DNA of 64,000 nucleotides from an uncultured delta proteobacterium (GTDB taxonomy: Bacteria > Desulfobacterota > Binatia > Binatales > Binataceae), in assembly GCA_963842085.1 (NCBI GenBank), contig CAWJET010000002.1, positions 1,568,001 through 1,632,000 on the forward strand, in the 5' to 3' direction. Position 1 is the first letter of the stretch; every line of letters starts with the position of its first letter. Below, piece by piece: positions 58,136 to 64,000 of this stretch. Under the pieces are notes generated by a model. That model was not told the origin of the DNA, did not search any database, and worked only from the letters and a program-made list of their open reading frames with translations. The translations under genes were made by a program, and so were the position numbers.

Positions 58136-60987
58136 GCAAGCAGAAGGGTGAAGAAAATCCTGTGGCTCGGCAAGCAACCGCCGAAGCCCCCGAGAACTAC
58201 TGGCAGTGGGATAGGTGCCGATGGGGAACGCATCGCGTCAATTGCTATCCCGGCAGTTGTCCCTTCCGTGTCTATGCCAAGGACGGCCACGTGATTCGCG
58301 AGGAAATCTCGTGCACCTATCCCGAGTTCACCGACCCCGACTACAAGGTGCCTGACTACAATCCGCGTGGATGCCAGAAAGGCTACCAGCACTCGAAGGC
58401 GATGTATGGCCCCGATCGGCTGCTATACCCGATGAAGCGCGTAGGCGAGCGGGGCAGCGGTAAGTGGGAGCGAATCAGCTGGGATCAGGCCTGCGATGAA
58501 ATCGCCGGCAAGTTTGTCGATATCATCATAAAATATGGGCCGCATGCGATCTCCGACGACCATGGAACCAATGGCGCTGGCGTGTTGCGCGGCGGGGGCG
58601 AAGGCGCCTCGACCGGATTCGTGTCGCGCTTGGGCGGGGTCAGCTACGACCTCAATTTTCTCATCGGCGATTTCAACCCCGGTCAGTACCTGACCTTCGG
58701 CCAGTTTCAGCATGCTCCGGGAATCGAGACCTGGTTCCTGGCCGACACGATCATAGCTCTTTCAAATCCGGCTTATGGGAACATTCCCGACATCCACTAT
58801 ATTCTCGAGGCGCGCTACCGCGGCGCCAAGGTAGTTGCGATCGCGCCTGACAAGAATGCCACTGCGCAGTTCGCTGACATGTGGCTGCCAGTCAACTGGT
58901 CTGCCGACCCGGCGTTGTGGCTCGGCGTCTGCAATATCCTGATCGAAAAAGGATGGCTTGATATCGAGTTCATGAAGGAACAGACCGATCTCCCGGTGTT
59001 GGTCCGCATGGACAATCAGCAGTTCCTGCGCGGGTCCGACTTACGCGAGGGCGCGGATATGGAGCAGTTCTATGCAATCGACAGCGCCACCGGCAAGCCC
59101 GAGCAACTGCCCAAAGGCACGCTTGCGATGCCGTTCGACTATGCGCTTGAGGGCAACTGGAAAGTCACCCTGAAGGACAAGAAGCAGGTCGAGGTCACAA
59201 CGGTCTACGAGCTGCTCAAGAAGCGAGTCGCTGAATACACGCCGGAAAAGGTCCATGAGATCTCCGGGGTCCATCCCGATCAGCTCGCCCAATTGGCCGA
59301 ACTGGTCAAGCCACCGCGCAAGGTGTTCGTCTTTGTCAACTGGAACGCCGGCAAGCTTTACCACGGCGATCTTCTCGAGCGCTCTTACTGTTACATGCTC
59401 GCGCTCACTGGAAACGTCGGCAAGGCTGGCACAGGATCACGAGGATGGTCGGCCGGCGCTGAGTACATCGGCGGCGCCGCGGTCGTTGGCGGGATGCCCA
59501 ATGAGGTGCTCGAGACCGGCAACCCGCTGCTTCACGCCATGAATATGTCGCAGAAGATACAGGAGGACTATCGGACGCAGTTCAAAATGGACCCGACGAT
59601 GCCTCAGGCCGAGGCTGCTTTGGGTGCGCTCCGCGAAGGTCTCAGAGCGGGCGGCACACTCTCGCCGCCGGTTTGGCTCTGGTACCACCACGCCGGGTAC
59701 AAGGAGGTGTGGGACAAGTACCTCGACGACCCGAACGCGCCCAGGAAAATCAGCGAGTACGCGGAGGAAGCGCTTGCCAACGGCTGGCAGAAAGGATTCG
59801 TTCCCAACAAGGACGTCAGTCCAAAGGGGATGCTGGTATCCGGATCGAATCCGCTCCGCCGTCACCGCGGCGGCATGAACACCTACTTGCAGACTCTGTG
59901 GCCAAAGCTCGAATGCATCGTGGTACTTGATCCGCGCTGGAGCACCACCGGACTTTACGCCGACTACGTTCTGCCTGCCGCATCGTTCTACGAGTATGCC
60001 GACTCGAAGTACTCGACTCCGGCGACGCGCTTCAGCACTTTCACGGATCAGACCGTGCCTATGCTCGGCGAGTCCAGATCAGACCGCCAGATCACGCTCG
60101 CCCTGCTCAAACGCATCCAGGAGCAGTTCCTGAAGAGAGGCGTGGAAAAGTACAAGTCAGGTGACCGCGAGATCGTGGTCAAGGATCTCTACTGGCGCGC
60201 CACCTTTGGCGGACGCTACGGCGAAACTAACGAAGACGAGGAGGTGTTGGTAAACGACACCTTTAACGCGCTTGGACAGATGGGTTGGTTCGAGAGTCTC
60301 GACGGTGAGGAACTCACGATCGACAACCTGCGCAAGAACGGGAAAGCCTGGCTTACCGGCCGCCCCGCCTGGCACGCTACCGTGGTCCAGAACTCGGACA
60401 TGGTTTCAGGCAGTATTTTCTGGCCCTTCCGCGATCAGCTCGAGCAAAAGGTGCCATACGCAACTACGACGCGGCGCATGGAGCTATACCTCGATCATCC
60501 GTGGTTCATCGAGGCCGATGAACATCTTGTTCGCTACAAGCAGCCGCCCAACATCGGCGGCGCCCAGGGCTTGCGGCTTACCAGCGGACACCTGAGATGG
60601 AGCATTCACTCTAACTGGGTAGTGTCCTACGAGATGCTGAAGCTGCATCGCGGCGAGCCATTTGCTTTCATCAACGAAACCGTCGCGAAGAAAAAAGGCA
60701 TCGCGGATCATGACTACATCCGCGTTTACAATGACTACGGCTCCTTCATAACCAGGGCGAAGCTCAGTTCCTGCACGCGGCCTGACCAGCTAGTGATCTA
60801 CCACGCGTGGGAACCGTATCAGTATCCGAATTGGATGCCGTACGACGGCTTGCTGCCAGGCCCACCCAAGGGCCTGCACTTCGCGGGCGGCTATCGCCAT
60901 TTCGAATACACGCTGTGGAACTGGTCTCCTTCGCAGTCGGATCGGCAGACCAATATCGACTTCGAAAAGGCCGAACTTCAGAACTAG
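58132..60987 (+). CDS. Molybdopterin (Mo/W-bisPGD) catalytic subunit 1, EBDH/steroid C25 dehydrogenase-like
   Basis: THRVNCYPGSC..NPRGCQKG (FS0), GDFNPG Asp ligand region, ADYVLPAA, SGHLRWSIHS; no Tat leader. Confidence 0.9.
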   Translation: MSKQKGEENPVARQATAEAPENYWQWDRCRWGTHRVNCYPGSCPFRVYAKDGHVIREEISCTYPEFTDPDYKVPDYNPRGCQKGYQHSKAMYGPDRLLYPMKRVGERGSGKWERISWDQACDEIAGKFVDIIIKYGPHAISDDHGTNGAGVLRGGGEGASTGFVSRLGGVSYDLNFLIGDFNPGQYLTFGQFQHAPGIETWFLADTIIALSNPAYGNIPDIHYILEARYRGAKVVAIAPDKNATAQFADMWLPVNWSADPALWLGVCNILIEKGWLDIEFMKEQTDLPVLVRMDNQQFLRGSDLREGADMEQFYAIDSATGKPEQLPKGTLAMPFDYALEGNWKVTLKDKKQVEVTTVYELLKKRVAEYTPEKVHEISGVHPDQLAQLAELVKPPRKVFVFVNWNAGKLYHGDLLERSYCYMLALTGNVGKAGTGSRGWSAGAEYIGGAAVVGGMPNEVLETGNPLLHAMNMSQKIQEDYRTQFKMDPTMPQAEAALGALREGLRAGGTLSPPVWLWYHHAGYKEVWDKYLDDPNAPRKISEYAEEALANGWQKGFVPNKDVSPKGMLVSGSNPLRRHRGGMNTYLQTLWPKLECIVVLDPRWSTTGLYADYVLPAASFYEYADSKYSTPATRFSTFTDQTVPMLGESRSDRQITLALLKRIQEQFLKRGVEKYKSGDREIVVKDLYWRATFGGRYGETNEDEEVLVNDTFNALGQMGWFESLDGEELTIDNLRKNGKAWLTGRPAWHATVVQNSDMVSGSIFWPFRDQLEQKVPYATTTRRMELYLDHPWFIEADEHLVRYKQPPNIGGAQGLRLTSGHLRWSIHSNWVVSYEMLKLHRGEPFAFINETVAKKKGIADHDYIRVYNDYGSFITRAKLSSCTRPDQLVIYHAWEPYQYPNWMPYDGLLPGPPKGLHFAGGYRHFEYTLWNWSPSQSDRQTNIDFEKAELQN

Positions 60988-61005
60988 CGCCGGGAGGGCG
61001 GAAAA

Positions 61006-63861
61006 ATGGCAACCCAAGTGGACACGTCCGCCGTGCATCCCTCGCGACGAAACTCTGTGCAGGAGCAGCGCCAATATTTTGAATGGGATAGCTGCAAGTG
61101 GGGTACCCATCGGGTGAACTGCTACCCGGGAAGTTGCCCCTTCCGGGTCTACGTCAAGGACGAGAAGGTGGTGCGCGAAGAAATCTCGTGTACCTATCCG
61201 GAGTTCAACGATCCCGAGTCTAAGGTGCCCGACTACAATCCGCGCGGATGCCAGAAGGGCTATCAGCATTCGCGTGCGATGTACGGGCCGGACAGGATAT
61301 TGCATCCGATGAAGCGCGCGGGCGAGCGCGGCAGCGGAAAATGGGAACAGATTTCCTGGGAGCAGGCTTTCGAAGAAATCGGCGAGAAGATCGCTAATGT
61401 TATCCAGAAGTACGGACCCAAGGCGCTGGTTGACGACCACGCCGCCAACGGCATCGGAGTGTTTCGCGGCGCCGCCGAGGGCTCGACCACCGGCATGACT
61501 TCGTTACTCGGTGGAGTGAGCTTCGATCTCGACTTCGTGACCGGAGACTTCAAGGTCGGCCAGTGGCTGACTTTTGGGGAGATGCATCACGCGCCAGGCA
61601 TCGAGAACTGGTTCCTACCGGATACCATCATCCTGATGTCCAACCCGGTCTATGCGAACATTCCGGACGTCCATTACCTCCTGGAAGCCCGGTATCGCGG
61701 CGCCAAGATAATCGCCGTCGCACCGGACAAGAATCCTTCCGCCCAGTTCGCCGACATCTGGGTACCCATCGACTGGTCGGCGGATCCTGCGCTGTGGCTC
61801 GGGGTGGCAAAGATTCTGATCGACAACGGATGGATCGACACGGAGTTCGTCAAGGAACAGACCGATGCGCCAATCCTGGTTCGATCGGATGATGGCCGGT
61901 TCTTAAGAGACTCCGACTTGCGCGAGGTCGGAGACCCCGAGCAGTTCTATGCGATCGACAGCGCGAACGCGCAGCTGGTGCAGATGCCCAAGGGCACGCT
62001 TGAAATGGCCGCCGACTATGCTCTCGACACGCGCACCGGTGTGCTCCTGAAAGACGGCACTAAGGTCGAGGTCCGAACCGTTTTCAATCTGCTCAAGGAG
62101 CGTCTGCTCGAGTACACGCCGGAGAAGGTCCACCAGATGTCGGGGGTTCACCCGGACATGCTCCACCAGATCGCCGATCTCTGCCGGCCGCCCCGGAAGA
62201 TTTTCGGCTATATCAACTTCATTACCGGCAAGCTCTATCACGGCGATCTGCTCGAGCGCTCCTATTGCTACATCCTTGCGCTGACCGGGAACGTCGGCAA
62301 ACCGGGTACCGGCACCCAGGGCTGGTCGCCGGGAACGGAGATCTCGGCCTCGATGGCGGCGGTCGCCGGGATGCCCAAGCAGGTGATCGAATCGGAGAAC
62401 CCGATCGCCGCGGCCGCGACCTTGTCCCAGCTGATGATGGAGGATTACAAGACGCGCCTTAAGATGGACCCCACGATGCCGCCGGTCGAGGCCGCTAACG
62501 GCGCGACGCATGAGGGCCTCAAGTCGTCGGGCACGCTCACGCCCGGGGTTTTTCTCTGGTATCGCCACGCCGGATACAAGGAAGTCTGGGACAAGCATCT
62601 GCACGATCCATATACCGACAAGAAGATCAGTGACTACGCCGAAGACGCAGTCGCCAGGGGCTGGTGGGACGGATTCGACCAGAAAGTCACGCCGCGCGCC
62701 ATGTTCGTATCAGGATCGAATCCGCTGCGCCGTCATCGCGGCGGCATGAATACCTATATAAAGACCCTATGGCCGAAGCTCGAAACGATCGTCGTATTCG
62801 ATCCGCGCTGGAGCACGACCGGTCTTTATGCGGACTATGTATTGCCGTCCGCGTCCTACTACGAATATGCGGACGTTAAGTATTCGACCCCCGACACACG
62901 GCTGCTATGCTTCACCGATCAGTCGGTGCAGCCGCTTGGCGAAAGCAGGTCGGATCGCCAGATTGCCCTCGGCGTGTTGAGCAGCATCGCGAAGCACCTG
63001 AAGGCCCGCGGCATCGAAAAGTACAAGGCGGGCGAAAACCGTGAGGTCATCGTCGACGACCTGTACTGGCGCGCGACCTACGGCAACCGCTATGGCGAGA
63101 CCAACGCGGACGAAGAGCGCATGGTCGATGACTGCCTCCATGCTCTTGGCGAACTGGGATGGCTCAGCAGCCTGGACGGTGAAGACGTTAACCTCGACAA
63201 CATGCGCAAGAACGGCAAAGCCTGGCTGAGCGGGCGCCCGCCCTGGCACGGTATGGTATGCCAGAGCTCGGATATGGTCCCGCGCCAGGTCCATGTGCCG
63301 ATGAGAGACCAGGTCGAAATGAAGGTCCCCTACGCGACTACCACGCGGCGCATCGAGCTCTACATCGATCACCCGTACTTCGTCGAGGCGGACGAGGCTT
63401 TGGTGCGGCATAAGCGGCCGCCCGATATTGGCGGTCACCAGCCGCTGAGAATCACCGGTGGTCATGTCCGATGGAGCATTCACGCCAATTGGCATACTTC
63501 GCTCGAAATGATGAAGCTGCATCGGGGCGAGCCGTTCGCGTTCATCAATAATACTGCCGCGCGCAAAAAGGGCATCGAGGACCATGACTTCATTCGTGTA
63601 TACAACGACTACGGCGCATTTCTGGTGAGAGCGAAGCTGTCCGCCTGCGTGCGGCCGGATCAGTTGGTTATCTACCATGCCTGGGAGCCGTATCAGCATC
63701 CCAACGGCATGCCCGCCGACGGCCTGATGCCCGGCCCGCCCAAGGGGCTTCACTTTGCCGGCGGCTATCGGCATTTTGAGTACACGTTGTTTAGCTGGGC
63801 GCCGTCGCAGAACGACAGGCAGACCAATATCGACTACGAGAAGGCCGAGTTTCAAGGATAG
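61006..63861 (+). CDS. Molybdopterin catalytic subunit 2, paralog of subunit 1
   Basis: Same motifs (THRVNCYPGSC, GDFKVG, GGHVRWSIHA); same 951-aa length. Confidence 0.9.
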   Translation: MATQVDTSAVHPSRRNSVQEQRQYFEWDSCKWGTHRVNCYPGSCPFRVYVKDEKVVREEISCTYPEFNDPESKVPDYNPRGCQKGYQHSRAMYGPDRILHPMKRAGERGSGKWEQISWEQAFEEIGEKIANVIQKYGPKALVDDHAANGIGVFRGAAEGSTTGMTSLLGGVSFDLDFVTGDFKVGQWLTFGEMHHAPGIENWFLPDTIILMSNPVYANIPDVHYLLEARYRGAKIIAVAPDKNPSAQFADIWVPIDWSADPALWLGVAKILIDNGWIDTEFVKEQTDAPILVRSDDGRFLRDSDLREVGDPEQFYAIDSANAQLVQMPKGTLEMAADYALDTRTGVLLKDGTKVEVRTVFNLLKERLLEYTPEKVHQMSGVHPDMLHQIADLCRPPRKIFGYINFITGKLYHGDLLERSYCYILALTGNVGKPGTGTQGWSPGTEISASMAAVAGMPKQVIESENPIAAAATLSQLMMEDYKTRLKMDPTMPPVEAANGATHEGLKSSGTLTPGVFLWYRHAGYKEVWDKHLHDPYTDKKISDYAEDAVARGWWDGFDQKVTPRAMFVSGSNPLRRHRGGMNTYIKTLWPKLETIVVFDPRWSTTGLYADYVLPSASYYEYADVKYSTPDTRLLCFTDQSVQPLGESRSDRQIALGVLSSIAKHLKARGIEKYKAGENREVIVDDLYWRATYGNRYGETNADEERMVDDCLHALGELGWLSSLDGEDVNLDNMRKNGKAWLSGRPPWHGMVCQSSDMVPRQVHVPMRDQVEMKVPYATTTRRIELYIDHPYFVEADEALVRHKRPPDIGGHQPLRITGGHVRWSIHANWHTSLEMMKLHRGEPFAFINNTAARKKGIEDHDFIRVYNDYGAFLVRAKLSACVRPDQLVIYHAWEPYQHPNGMPADGLMPGPPKGLHFAGGYRHFEYTLFSWAPSQNDRQTNIDYEKAEFQG

Positions 63862-63863
63862 TC

Positions 63864-64000
63864 ATGTCCAAGGTCGGCGGGGCGTTGCCATCCTGGTACT
63901 GGCCGGTGGGCGTGCCGCGTCGTGTTCCGGTAGCACAGCAGCCGCTCGGCCGAGTGTTCCGTCAGAAGTTTTTGGCGGCGAAAGATCGCCCGGCAGTCGT
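63864..64000 (+). CDS. Start of the next operon gene, possibly an AMP-dependent acyl-CoA ligase (partial)
   Basis: ATG 2 nt after the alpha-2 stop; MSKVGGALPSWYWPVGVPRRVPV..RPAV resembles ANL N-termini; open to the window edge. Confidence 0.35.
   Translation, partial: MSKVGGALPSWYWPVGVPRRVPVAQQPLGRVFRQKFLAAKDRPAV

Noticed and set aside
61036-61062. SRRNS as a functional Tat signal in alpha subunit 2
   Set aside because: No FLK-like consensus or hydrophobic h-region follows; the mature domain starts within about 15 residues.
58132-63861. Calling the molybdoenzymes NarG or arsenate reductase/arsenite oxidase because of the nearby ars genes
   Set aside because: They are too short for NarG with no narJI, and the His-FS0/Asp-ligand motifs are type II EBDH-like, not ArrA/AioA; there is no sequence link to arsenic.
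1-64000. CRISPR array, rRNA or complete tRNA genes
   Set aside because: No regularly spaced repeat-spacer series and no full cloverleaf or rRNA signature; only tRNA 3' fragments were seen.

Overview
GC-rich bacterial accessory region, probably from a diderm soil bacterium; the small basic proteins resemble those of Candidatus Binatota (inference only). Intact operons are interleaved with IS scars and gene fragments. (1) 1-10.8 kb: the end of an IS5 element interrupting ppk2, IS481-like and IS3 elements, and a DevBCA/TolC-type ABC exporter whose TolC gene is split by a 119-bp MITE, with two paralogous monoheme cytochromes c on either side. (2) 11-42.7 kb: a hypoxia/dormancy-type island that mirrors much of the M. 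tuberculosis DosR regulon and the Burkholderia lxa locus. It carries HPF-CSD, prs, pncB, a class II RNR, a hydrolase-PRTase fusion, BON, hemerythrin-like, CapA, BCAM0308-like, USP, RtcB plus archease, CBS and a split PolX, with several sigma54-type promoter motifs and an MlaEFD set. (3) 43.9-48.6 kb: a small DUF2924/large serine recombinase element with tRNA-like ends and a 21-bp-phased repeat array. (4) 48.8-56.6 kb: a copA gene with an in-frame stop and an intact, tightly coupled arsR-arsM-TauD-like dioxygenase-methyltransferase operon. This operon is the best candidate for an undescribed system (organoarsenical synthesis or turnover). (5) 57-64 kb: one Fe-S beta subunit plus two tandem 951-aa EBDH/S25DH-like molybdoenzyme alpha subunits that lack Tat signals. 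No rRNA, complete tRNA or CRISPR array was seen. All family calls come from motif recognition, not database searches.
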